A stretch of 57,887 bases of DNA, counting the filler, from Platydemus manokwari (Eukaryota), in NCBI GenBank assembly GCA_037951405.1. It is 5 parts of 5 records of this genome, joined end to end, with 100 filler letters (N's around TTAATTAATTAA, not from the genome) between each part and the next. Parts side by side here need not be neighbours in the genome. Positions count along the whole stretch, not along the records: positions 1 to 16,934 come from JBBMOY011131440.1; 4 more parts are not named here. One strand, written 5' to 3'. The notes below the pieces were generated by a model, which searched no databases, was not told the origin of the DNA, and saw only the letters and a program-made list of their open reading frames with translations. A program made the position numbers and the translations under genes. Every line of letters begins with the position of its first letter. Positions within the stretch are counted from its first letter, which is position 1. Of the stretch, positions 1 to 13,742 are shown one piece after another.

Positions 1-642
1 ATCATTTTAAATTATTATTTTCTTTTTTCTTATTGGATATTGGAATTATTTTTCAAATCCGCCTAGATTAATAATTTCGATTTTATTATTCACTCGTATT
101 ATTCATAATTATTTTTCTTTTTCTTCTACAATTAAAATTACAATTCTCGCCCACAACGCCCACATTTTAATTAATTTATTTTTTTATTCATGTTTATAAT
201 TATATTATTATTATTATCCCACATGATAATTATTATTATTATTAATATAACATAATTTGATTTTTTTTATAATTTTTTATTCTTTTATATACAATTTATT
301 CTTTTTTTCACAATAAATTCATAAAGTCATAAAATACATGCAAGATCAGAATAAATAAAGTCATAATAACGTCATAAAATACATTTTTCATGCAAAATCA
401 GGATAGTCATAATCATTTGTCATTTTACTCATCGATGTCTACCTTCCATTGTAGACTCTGATAGGAGGAGGTTGATTGAGGTGCTTTGATCTTCTGATAT
501 AGGGAAGATATGGAAGATGATCCAGTTGATTCCTTGTTCACTCTGCAACACATGATTATTTATCAGTATAATATTTTTACACACGTTGATAACATTATGT
601 TATCAATCTTAAATATTTAATCTTTGTTTTCTAAAGAGAAAA

Positions 643-1740
643 ATGAAAAGCTATAAAGTGATTAGTCCATCATTCGGGAATATTCAACAAGTCAGCCCTG
701 AATTTCAAAGCTACGTCACAGACACGGTTATAATTAGCAACTTCCATGCGTACATGGAACGGAACGAAACCCTCTCTCAGCAATTTAAGGACCAGACCCA
801 CCTGCCGAACAATATAAAGTTCCCAGGCAGAAGTCACCGCGCGATCAGGGTGGTATTCGTTGACCACCAGGAAGACAACCCTGTTACCCTAATTATTTAA
901 TCATATCAATTATACCACGAGTGCAGAAAATGTGTACCTCCACATCACACTAGCACCTGTATCGATTGTTATCATTAGGTCTGAGAAAGTAATCTTCCTC
1001 CCAAGACACCACGCTCTAGTAATCATAAACTGTGGTAAGCAAATTATGAAAGAGAGAATCACATTCTCCTCAGTACCAGTCACCTTGATCCCGGAATCCG
1101 GTCGCGAAAGCATTCCAGCAGACAAGAAATATAATCACCTTCATCCAAATCTTACCTATCTTGACACCAGAGAAAATATTCTCAACGGCATTCTTTCATC
1201 TGAAAGAATCTGCCTCAATTAGAAATCAGATAATATATTCGCATATTGGCCAACAGAATAGTAGAAACAATTACCAAGTATTTGAAACAATCCTAAAAGA
1301 GAATGAGTCAGATGAGGTGTACATATCAAAACCAGAAGAAAAGCCAGAAAAAAACAACTCCACAAATTACCCTGTCCTACCTATGAAAATACCGCCTGTG
1401 CTATTACTTGGACAAGAATAATGGCTTATCACCCCCATTCAGTTCACCAAACCCGACACATGGGAACAATTTTTACAGAGCTACGTAAACCTTGTGATGA
1501 GACAGGCGAAGACACAAGTAAGCTACGTGTAACCACTTTCAATCAAATGCAAAAAACAATATCTATGTGTATAACAGTATTATCGATGTGATTAAATATC
1601 TTTAACATTCATCATATGCTCTAAGCCTGAAAAATGGTATTGTAATCAGCTGCAAATAACGAAGATTAATCTAGCTAAATAAAATAGACTTGAAATAAAA
1701 AAATTAGTCGTTTCTCGGGACGAGAATCTTAAGAGGGGAC
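643..1740 (+). mobile_element. Degenerate, internally deleted Ty3/Gypsy pol/integrase relic ending in a polypurine tract
   Basis: Fragmented + strand ORFs. MAYHP at 1421-1435 resembles integrase TTAYHPQ and is followed by PDTWEQFL. The Gypsy-like 3' end TCGGGACGAGAATCTTAAGAGGGGA (PPT 1731-1739) precedes AT-rich LTR-like DNA. Confidence 0.5.
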
Positions 1741-4700
1741 ATATTTTGGGAACAGAAATAGCCTAAAATAATAAAATAATCACAAAAATATTTAAAATTT
1801 TCTAAATGATCCAGGCCTTCTAAAAAGTAGCAACAAAATAAATATAAATATAATTAACAAATCCTAAAAATAGAAAAATTATTAAATATATAAATAGAAC
1901 ATTAAAATATGAGTTTCTAAAAATAAGATATGAAAAACATCAAACTAGATATAGAACATGATGGGTTGAAAAAGATGAAGATATTAGTATAACAGAAAAT
2001 ACATGCATGATAAAAAACGCTCATTATAAGTTGATTCGAAAATCTACCCTTAATTTATTGATAAGCACAATTTTAGTTGATAGAAAAAAACCGTACAATA
2101 GCGGGTTCAGGAAATATTGATTTGATACTAATTGAAACAAAATTGGCATTTCTAAACCATATTCTATGAGAGTATAATTAAGAAATCCACACAGCCGTTA
2201 TTTTCTTAACTACGTAGAATTATTGATCGGGCATGCATTTAAATATAATCGTCCCAACTGAACAAGAAAAAACAAAAAAACGAAACATGACAGAAACCAA
2301 GTTTTCCACAGCGCGACTAAAAGTAAAATTCTCTTAATTTTATCTTAGAAATTTACAATGAATTGTAAAATGAATACTGTTATTATCACTAGTGTCTTGG
2401 GCCCGGCCCAACCACTATTTAATTAAACTCTAAATTTAGCTAAATAATTTTGTGCTCTCTTTATAGTTGCCGAACTACTAGGTTCCAAATATCACCAATA
2501 AATGTTAGGACCTTGCAGCCCTCCGCACAAGGATCTTAGAATATAACAACAAGAACAATAACAGATAATTAATTGGTTAATAATTAATACTCCTGGTTAT
2601 TTGAGAACCAATAATTGCTAATTAATTATTATATTTTATTCATTATTATAATCATAAATTATTTCATTTTAGAGCAATTATACATTGTTGCATATATTGT
2701 CTTATTTATATCATTTTAATTCACTACCTTCTGGAGTCAGGCTCATAATTAAAATTAAAACTTCTGAAGTTTGGAACGAGTCAAAACCATTTATCACACA
2801 AATTCTAAAAGTAAATACCGGAAGGGAACAAATGTGGAAAAAATTATGATGGCATACATGAAAGCAACAGAGAAATAGTAAACATGGATAATATAAATAA
2901 TCTAATAACGACAAACTCCCATAAAAGTATTCACAGAAAGATTTCTAAACCAAATAGAAATTAAATTTAATGAACTTTAGAATACATGTTAACAAACATC
3001 AATACATGATAAATTTATCAGAAGGAGCAATGACTCAAAATATTTGGTATTACATTAAAAATAATACCAAAATGATAAAACATCGAGAACAAATAATCAT
3101 AAAACCGAATATTTTGGCAAAAAATACGATACGATTTATAATTTTAACTCAAAGAAAACGGTAAAATAAACAAAGAAACCAAGAAAATTAATAGGCTAAC
3201 TCAAATATCATCAGTCGATAAGGAAAAAAAATAACAATAGTCGTTTTCAATGAGTGCATTATAAAATAACATGACGATTAAAATATATTTTGAAATTATT
3301 AAATTATTTAAAAAATTTAATTAAATTATTATTGAATTTGTTCCTTTAAATTTTCCTCACAGTCATTATGGTAATAATTATCTTAAGCTATAAGATATAT
3401 AACCAATTTTGTAAAAAAAAGATCACCATGGGTGGGTCATAGAGGCATGACAATAACTGAATAGGAAATTGAATATAGACATAATCAGTATGAATGTATA
3501 TGATAGGATAAATAACTTTTGTACATAAAAAAATTGTAACACTTCATCCAATAAAAATCAGAAAAATTAAATAAAAAATCATTGGCAAAAATAAAAACAA
3601 CAACCAATCAAAATAACTCTATAAAGTCTCAATCTACAAAAAAAGAGAACGAAAGCTATACATATAAACACCAAAATACTTTTTTACATTATCTGCAAAC
3701 TGAATAGTGAATCCAAAGAAGTTGTTTTATTGCTGTAAAATTGTATTCATTCAAGCCTTTTAGCATAATGATGAATGACGAAATATAGTTAGTGATTATT
3801 CAAAACCATCCAAGGCTATTTTCTAATGCTATTCAATTGTTAATCCGAAAATCTAGAGAAGGCCTTCAAAAGCAGTGTTTGATGAGGCAGTTGACATTCC
3901 TAAAAACTTCAAAATAGTCTCTCAAGAGCAGATATCAGCATTCTTTACCACTACAAAAGGCTGATTTATGTTGAAAGAAGCAATCCTTGAAATTTACTTT
4001 TCGAATGAAAAAGCAATCTTACCAATATGTAAATTGAGATAATGATATTTTAATTAATGGTGTCAAATATATTATTATGTGGTATTTTCATGTGAAAATG
4101 ATTATATTGGTTAACAATAATAATCCGTGTAAAATTATATTTTGTCGTAAAAATGGAAAAAGGAAAAGAAATTTCGATAAATATATAATGATTAATAAAA
4201 TAAATACAATAATTAATAAAAAAAAATAAAGTACAATACGTAAATAAAATGAAATATATTACAAAAATTGCACGAAATATCATTTTGATAAACATAGGGT
4301 ATATGAAATTATTAAGTGGCCATTCCAGAAAAAATACATGGAATTATCATATGACCATGAAAAGACGGATATAAATAACCAATCGATCCACAACACTACC
4401 ACCATAAAACTTATTACACAACAGGATATTACTGTTATCTGTAATCTTGGATTTAAATTTGATTAAGGATATCTATCAAGAATATTTTCTCTGACGATTA
4501 CGAGGATTATTTACAGTATTACGAAGACTTTTATCACTTGAGGAAAAGTATATTTTTGTGGATCAAGGCTAATTGTATTATAATTATAGCGTCATAATAA
4601 ATATGTCTGTCGAAACTAATTTTTTTAATAAACATCCCTCTGCTTCTTCCGCTTTCGATTTTTTAGCTACTCGCTTTCGCGATGCGCAGAGCATAGTGTC

Positions 4701-7700
4701 AAATTTTCGTTTTTATATTCCTACGGCTATTGTGTCACCGTTTTGTCTCGTAAATAAAGTTTTATAATATTATAAAGTTCTATAAATAAAGTTTTTATAT
4801 TAACAATAATAAATATAGGATAGAGATAATCTTTAATATTTATATTTTAAATTTAGAAACGTACCAATTCTATGTCAGTTCATTATTAATTTAAACTGAT
4901 TATTAAAAAATCAAAGAAGCAAGACTTTAGTCTTAGCAACCTTAAATTCAGCGACAGTTATATTACCAATAACGTAATCTTCATACCTGTTGTTGAAGTC
5001 CCCTAAGGCTAAAATTAATCTAAATTAATATAAACAATAAATTGACATTCAAAACTAAAAATAACTGTTGAAAATAAAACAACAGTATTAAAAAATCTTA
5101 GTGATCATCCTATCTTACGGAGTCACATATATTTAGAACATGATCATTTGTTGCGCTATATACATAGTACACTCAATAAATATTTTTAAAAAATTACGCT
5201 GAGTAAATCGATTTAAATATAAAAAGCTAAAATCAGATTAAAGTAAATTTAAAAAGAGAAGACGAATTATGAAAAAGATAAAAATAGTAATAGGAAAAAT
5301 GAGATAAATATAGAATAAATAAATATGAAAATAAAATAGAAATTAACAAAAATACGAACAAGGACAATTTGAATAGTGTAAATATACAAGACAAATTTAA
5401 CAGAAACTCACAAAAAATGAAGACACAATTACTAATTTGCCAAGTGTTCATTTTCTAATAGATATTTCGCGAGTTAAGTAAATCAATAATCCAAGTGTGA
5501 ATATAAATTGTGACGCGAAAATAGAAAGACTGAAAAATTTATTTTCAGGAAAATTACTTATATTGAAATTTAATTACCATCGATTTCTTACAACAACATA
5601 TTAATTTAAAAATTGTTCAATGTCTGATCAAAGCAATTTATTTTTTTGTTTTTAATTTTAAATATTAGTGGACCCCGACCCAACTCGAGTAACACTCGAA
5701 TAACCTACAAATTATCAAATTAATCATTCATTTATTATTCTACCGCAAATCATCGAATCCATCATCAGTTTTCTCTTGCAAATCACCCCGTTTTCTGTTG
5801 AAAAATCATCACTTCGAACTACAAATCAAAATCTATCATATTCTGCCCATGGAACAATCTTTATTATACTATGCATATCAATTCATTTAATCAAAACAAT
5901 CAATGATTTGTGATTAAAAGAGACGAGTAGAATAAATTAAATCACTAAACCACAAATTATTTAATAATATTATGACGTCGAATAATTGTTTAAAAATTAT
6001 AAATCTATTTGTCTTGGGCTCAGTCCAAACAAATAGCAATTTATTCTTAAAATCCAATCTTGAAATAATTCATCTTGTTTTTAGTAATTACCGGTCAATG
6101 AGGCCCATCTATCTGTTAACGGCAAATAGAACTTTTACGGTTCTCTGGCATAAGAGCATCTTAAATTTTACACAAAAACAATACCAGTATCAATAATTAA
6201 TTTCATTAATTCGAATTTATCCCTGATTATTTATTTATCATTTTGTATTATTTCATATTGTAATTCAATTTATCTTACAATTATATTTTATCGAAATATT
6301 TCTATTTAGTTTATTTATAAAAATAAAAATCTGTTAAATTTTGTTTAAAGACCACACCTACTGGAATAAGATTATATTAATAATTTTAATATCAACCAAT
6401 TATTTAAAATTTCTGGATTGTAACAACTTATCAATTTTTAAAATTTTGAGATCCTTCAGATACCTTAACTAAAGTAATATTATAAAACGCACTAGAACAT
6501 AACTGAAACAAACAGGGATAATGGAATTTGGACTATTAAATAAGGGTCGACATAAATCAGATGTCATTAATTGTTTCAAACCTCGAAGATATGTAATTGA
6601 AAAATTCTTTAAGTTTTAAATCAATTTTGAAGAATAGTAAGCAACTATAAGTTTTGTGGAAATTTTAATATTTTAAACTTTAAATTCTTTAATATCATAG
6701 CTAAATTAATTCCAGTTAAATTTATTATGAACGTTTTTATTTCATGCATTAAATAATCAATACTCTTCTCCATGTGTTTTAAAAAATTCTAAAACAACGT
6801 ACTTAAGTAACGCGTTGCACTTCTTAACAAAGATTTTTCGCTGCTTCATTATCTTTAATATTCATAAATGAAGCATCTAAGAATCAATACCATTGCCTTT
6901 TGATTTTGCTCGCAGCTTTACAAGTAGATAAGTAGATATCATTGTATTTTTAAAAATTTTAGCAAATATTGTTGTAATAATTAGTAATTTTATCGACCAA
7001 AATCTTTAAATATTCTGTCTAATTATTTCCAATAGTAGTTTGTCATCGGAGGTTTATACATATCTGGTACATTCAATTCAGTTATCTATGTCCTGTAGGT
7101 GTTTTATTCAACAAACTCCACATTCAATACTCAACAGACGACAATCAATACATGACGTCCCCCCAATACAAATTCGATCAAAGATCCTGATAACAGTGTC
7201 CACAAATTGTCAATAACAACGAATTTCTCCAAAACTTCTCACCTACATCCGAAAAAAGCCAAAAAATCACTGGGAATCTCAAAGATTTGCTGCCCCCGTC
7301 ACTCGACACTCGTTATAGCTACCGATTTATACCAGGAAGATATAATTATAAAAAGCCCATTACACATTTCAAAGCTGACGTGAGACAAAACACTATTACA
7401 ACCCAGTGTTTAAAAAATAATGGTATAGTAATTATGAAAAGAATTCCAGCCAATATGATTAGAATAAGTGGTATTTACATCCATAACTTTCAAGTAAAAA
7501 ATGCAATTACCAACATCCAGCACTTGATTTGTTCATTAAATTCAAGATTTCAAATTCAGAATACAGAATTCTCATGGATTTCATTATTTAACTTATCACC
7601 AATAATAAATAATTTATTCAAGAAATTAAACAAAGCAGTATAGAACAGAAATATTTACACTGAATCAATAGTAAAGCTTTTCACGCGAAAAATACATACA

Positions 7701-10700
7701 ATCTGAAAATTATAATTGATCATTAATGTACATATTCAGTACACAGTTCCAACCGATTACATTATTCGTAATTAAACTTCAACCTATTTTATTTATTATT
7801 TTTTATAAATTGCTATTTTTTCGAATATATTTTAATTATTTTGTCGTATTTCTATTTGTATATTTGTATATATTTTTATATTTATCTATAACTTTAATGA
7901 GCAATTAATTAGTAATTCGTTGGGAAAACTCAGAAATCTATCTACTTGAATCTACATTCACAGCAAGATTAATTTACATATTGTCGGTAATTAATTATTG
8001 ATAAAAACCCTAATTTCTAAATAAGCCGAATATCGAAAAAAGACGAAGTTTATCGAAGAAATTATTAAAATACTTGGTAACTGGTTTAGTCTTAGCACCA
8101 TAATCTAATAATCCATCTAAATTCAATGTATGTAAAAATTCATGAATTATGAAAACAATGATTAAATTCATTCCGAGAAATTGTGGCAAATACAAAAAAA
8201 TTATGGAATCCATCCGATTGAGAAATTTATATTTTATATCAATTTTAAAATGATATATTACCAAAATAAATTATAAGTAATTAAAATCAATAACTATTAC
8301 TATTTATTTAGATTCCATAGTTTAAACAGTCTTCAAAATGGTAGACAAAGAAAAATTATTGAACTTATTTTTTGGAACATATTTACTATAAAGCCAATAG
8401 ACAAAAGTGATAATAATCACCAAATTGGTATCAAACGGTAAATTTAACCCAAAGGAAAGGACAAACAAACTACCACACTATAAGCCAATCTTGTACATTA
8501 GAAATAACTAAAATTTATTTAACAAAAATATAAATGTCTTGGCGAAGAGGTGGTACAAAGCCTTACATCTTTTTTACAATATATACAAAGTTTTTTTAAT
8601 CGATAAATTCTGCAAGAGGTTCATCATTCAAATATGAATTCCCTTATTTTTTTAGTATAGCTAGGCTATATGATGATATTTTGCCGAAGTTTGTTGGTTT
8701 ACAATTATATTCTGAGACAATGTGGAGGTTTCACCTTTTTCAGATCCGTGTTAACCTTGTATGTGGAGGTGTCTCTGAGTAAAGCAAGTACAAAAAACCC
8801 ATATTAATAAACAGGCTAAAGTTAGATCATTCAATATGGCCATATTACGCTATCTGAACATTAATCTTTGGAATTGCCGTTGTAATAGCCGTAATGATGA
8901 AGAAACAATTTAGACAGAAAATTAGTCTTTTAGAACAACACTGTGGTAATGTCAAGCAGTTTGGTACACAGATGGTATTACAATTAGTAGATTATAACCT
9001 ACGACCTCTCAACCATTGTCTAACTAAGCCAATCCTGAATAAAGTATCATGAGCATTAAGATGATGATAAAATGTGGAATGAATGCAAAATTAATTGTTA
9101 GTATGTATGATGTATATTAGTATTTATATGTCTATATAAAGACCCACAAGTGAAATATATATTTAATAACTTGTGTACAGCAAATACAATGAATACCGTT
9201 AGGATAATGCAGTTAATCTCAATTCAACAATGGAAGCCAGTTAGGTGAGAAAACCATGTAATGAGAGACATGTAATTACCAAAATAGTCTAAAAGTATTA
9301 TTGTATTAATTCTCTAAAGCACCTCTCTTCAGACCTTAAGGTACTGCATATAATTAAAATTTATCTTATTATAAAATCAATTATTTCAGCACCGGATCTT
9401 ACGAACTTTGAAAATCAGCCTTCCTCATTTCATTAAACTGATATTGTCAAATTAATTTCCATTCGTGAACATTTATCGTAAAGTTTAATGGCTAATAATT
9501 AAAATGAATATTTTATTCTATATTTGTATTGGTTTTCACTTGTCACGTTTGGCACCTACTCAAACTTAACGAGTTCCTGTTTTCTTATCTGACTCCTTAC
9601 TGCATAAAAAATTCTCATTGATAATAAAGCACAGTCCTTGTATTTCTATAACAATTTTTATATTATGTAAAGGTTCTCGAATATACAACCACAAATTATG
9701 AATTTAATGTTATTAGACGAAGACCGTGACTCTTTACTTCTGTGGACCTACTAACACAAAATTACTGGCTTCATAACAAATTTCTTAGTAGCTGAAACGG
9801 TTACTGCTATTACCAAATACCAACATTTCCACAAGCAATACGTTAAATAATACAATAATATATACTTGTGATGAGGAACAAAAGGTCGGATAACATTTTA
9901 CTCAGATAGTGATGAGAGTAAAACATCACATTCGCGTCACCATCAGTTCATATAGTGCAAGGAAGAATGAGATCGCTGAGGTGGAACCCTTGCAGACAAC
10001 GTCACAACCCCAAACAACATACCCTAAACAGAGGAGATAGAATTCAAGAAGCCGATGAAACCGATAGAAACCCATATAACCAACCGAAAATGGAAAACAT
10101 GGGGAAAGAAGAGCTGGGGTGTAGATTTAGGCATTTAGGGGTCAGTGGAAAATTCGTGATATTGCATCAATCTAACTGCTCAATAAACTGCTCTCAAAAA
10201 TCAACATTCATTCATTCGATCAAAATATACAAATCCAAATATTCTAACAGTTGTGAATATTTGATAGTGATTTTTACATTTTTGTGAATATTTAATTATT
10301 TATGAACTCTTGATATTCCTGATATTCATTATTGACTAATTATGATTATTTTATGAAGTTTTTTTGCTATTATGATTATTTGTGAAAAAATTGATTGATT
10401 CTGCAAATTATACACAATATATAATACAAATATTATTGTAAAAAATTTGACAATTTAATCAGATAAAATGAGTAAGTATTAAAGAATATTTAATAAATAA
10501 TTTCAAAGGTTGGTAAATTATATAATAAAATTTTTAATATCAATAAAATTTAATGAATTTTTAAGGTTAAGGAACTTTAAAACATGAATTAGATTCAGAG
10601 TAATAAAAATGATAACAATTTGTAAGTGATGGAAAAATCCGAGCTACTAAGTACCGAACTTCAGCAATTATATGAGATGATGGATTTTCATCACAATTCA

Positions 10701-11999
10701 TTTTCACAAATCTAAAGCGGAAAAAACTTAGTGTTTGAATAAGCGAAAAACCGAACTTTAGATAAGCAATAAACTTCGATCGACGACGAATTTGTAACAA
10801 ATAAAGAAATCATGAAAGGATAATTGAAGAGAAAAAAATGATTGTAACAGATGACATTGTTAACTAATTCAAATTTGGTAAATTTTAAATATTTAAATCT
10901 TAATAAAACACCCAAAAGGTTCAGACCTTTTGGTTACACATAATGTTAAACTTTATAATCAAACTATTAAGGATTTATAGTTAAGTTATCACGATCCCGG
11001 CGAGATAACCCTACCAATTTGTTTCATCTAAAAGTTTTTTGAATTAAACTGCGCAAATTGCGTTGAATTTTTGTGAATAATAAAATTAAATATTATAACT
11101 GTGTTATTATTGTGAATTTTAATAAACTTAAATATAATAAAAACATAACAGAACTCACGCTTGTTGAGTTGTAAGAATAACAAAGCAAAAACCATCACAA
11201 TCCAACAATTTTATTGTGGCAACTACAATAATTACAAGAGAACACTTAAGGTTACTAAACATAATCTTACTTTTTATTTTAGTTCTGTATGAATGGCAAA
11301 TTTCTCAATTTGACCACTATTATATATCGATTTCAGCAAGGCCTCATTGTGGAAATTCATAAACCGATGTACAGAAACTCCAGTTACACTTAAATTAATT
11401 TCATGAAAATAACTTCAATTGTGAACATATTTCGAGAGAATATTAATTTTTTTAATTTAAGAACTACTATGTTTGTAATATACGTTTATATGATTTCCTG
11501 CGTCTCCATCCATGTTAGTCGATGAGTATTAAAATTTATGTTCAAAATATATTTATCTTTATTTTTTCATGTCTTCGATTCGGATAAGTCAAATCCTAGA
11601 CTCCTAAAATCATGTTTAAAAAAATGTTTATTATTTTTTGAATTAGAAAAGCGACATGAGTCTAAGAATCATAAACTTAGTTTGGAAGTTGAAAGATAAA
11701 CTAGTAACAGTACCAAAACATTTATTGTTGTACATTATCTAAAATATGTAATATATTTTTATTTTAAATCTTGGTTTCGATTACTTATTTAGTTAGTTAA
11801 TTGTCTGTATTATAGTATTCTGTAATAAAATTGTCATTTTATTCTGGTAATAGTATTATTACTAATATTAGGTCATTCTTATTCTCATAATAATCCTTGT
11901 GTATCGTAGTAAAGTACGTTTTATTATAAACATTATTTTATTAATTAGCAATCGCTAAACTTGGATTATACCTGCCAGCACGAATGCTCATTTTAAAAA

Positions 12000-13080
12000 A
12001 GTCAAATTACAAAGTCTATAGAGGCAGTAATTGATATGAGACATTAGATATAATCGCAGTTGATGCCATTCACACAGTCTTCATAATGTAGCTTAAGCGC
12101 AAGGAGAGGAATAAATATGATAATATACATTGTTACAACAGAAGTCTTTGACGCAGGATTTACGAAACTAATAAATCGTCAGAGAATATTCACAAATCAT
12201 AAAAGCCCGAACATGAGGTAGAAGTTAAATGTTTAAAAATTGCCATTTCTTAAAGTTATGATCCAAAAAAAAGAAAGATTTGTTGGGACCGTATAAGATA
12301 ACCTAACAGAATTTATGGAAAAGCAAGACAAACCAACCTCAAAACATCAATCTAATTTTCCAACATTTATTTACAAATTTTAACTTTAATTGGTTATGAT
12401 CTTAACTTTTATACATTTTCATTCTTTAAAAACTCTTTATATTATGTATTTCTCAAAAACTTTCATATCGTGATGAATATAATCAATTGAATAAATGAAG
12501 AACATTTAAAATAATCTTATTAAAAAACCAAAACAAAGACAACCAAGAATTCAAATAAAATAAGGTCTAATGACAGGACAAGAAATAATAAATATTAAAA
12601 TCAAAATTAATTCCCATTGGATAACGAAAAAGGAAATGATTTTTATTTTCCAACATTTATTTTCATTCAGTTAAAAGATTCGCTTTGAATTTACAGAATC
12701 AAAATTACAAATATCTAATGAAAAATTAAAACAAGTTTCAAGTAAAGAACAAAGTTCGAATCAAAGTTGGAGTAGCGGAGTCGATCCAGATCGGGCTTAT
12801 GAAGCATGGATGTGATATAGAACAAGAATTCCAACCATGAGCGGTAATTAAGGTGATGAAGGAGTTGAAGCCTCTCCACTGAATGCGAATAAAAGAAATC
12901 GTCAATTACTGTAATCTGGATGCTTTACTTCAAAACGTCCTAAATTATGCAGACTAATGTAGCAGTAGCAATAAAATGGAATAAATCCAGGAATTTTAGC
13001 AATTAACTCAAAAATACGCGACAATATACAAAAACTATGAATAGTTTGAGCACGAAATCCGGGGTGACGAGAAAGTTAAA
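12000..13080 (+). mobile_element. Gypsy fragments (integrase GPY/F tail; gag-like piece)
   Basis: LGPYKI at 12283-12300. A stop-interrupted frame at 12763-13060 contains IQEF*QLTQKYATI, similar to the retrotransposon gag LxQ motif. Confidence 0.3.
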
Positions 13081-13721
13081 ACAAAATAATCAGCATCAGC
13101 AAGTCTAAAGCTTGCATCCAATAGAAATGGAAAGTAGTCATGGACTAATCCGACTCCGTCAAAGAACAATTTAATTAAAATCAACAGAACAATACATATC
13201 TTGTAACAGTCATTTATTTTTATCTTTTATTTGACCTAACGTTGATAATCAAAATTATTTCTGGACTATTCTTTAATCAGTGTGTAAAATTAGTGTTTAT
13301 TTTATCAGTCTTTCATTAGTGATTATTATTATATCTTGTTTTATCAATATATTTATTATAATAATTATTTTTGTGATTTTATTTTTATTTTATGAGAAGA
13401 ATGTTAGAACAAAAACTCAAAGATGTACATTATGTGATAAAATGTCAATTCATGTATAGAGGAAATGTAGATGATGACATAGAAATTTATAAAAAGTTGG
13501 AAGACAAATGGTGAGATCATGAACAAGATAATGAATAGATAGTAATTTTATATCAGCAGTGAGTGCTACATAAACAGAACCAAGCAGTAATGATTGCTCA
13601 TTAATAATGTACTGAAAACACTAAAGTGTTGTCTGTATGAATCAACAAACATTGATTTATATAAAAGACTCAAAATTTATATGTCCTTGTGCTACGGAAA
13701 GAACCGGGAGGAACAAATTAC

Positions 13722-13742
13722 ATATATATATATATATATATA
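13722..13742. repeat. (AT)n microsatellite
   Basis: Direct reading. Confidence 0.9.

Noticed and set aside
2711-8264. Short F/I/L/Y/K/N-rich ORFs as membrane proteins
   Set aside because: Their composition is what AT-rich non-coding DNA yields by chance; no motifs or splice support.
9868-9979. Box C/D snoRNA (GTGATGA...CTGA)
   Set aside because: No terminal stem or recognisable rRNA guide. The region reads equally well as acidic coding debris (SDSDES), perhaps from a DNA transposon.
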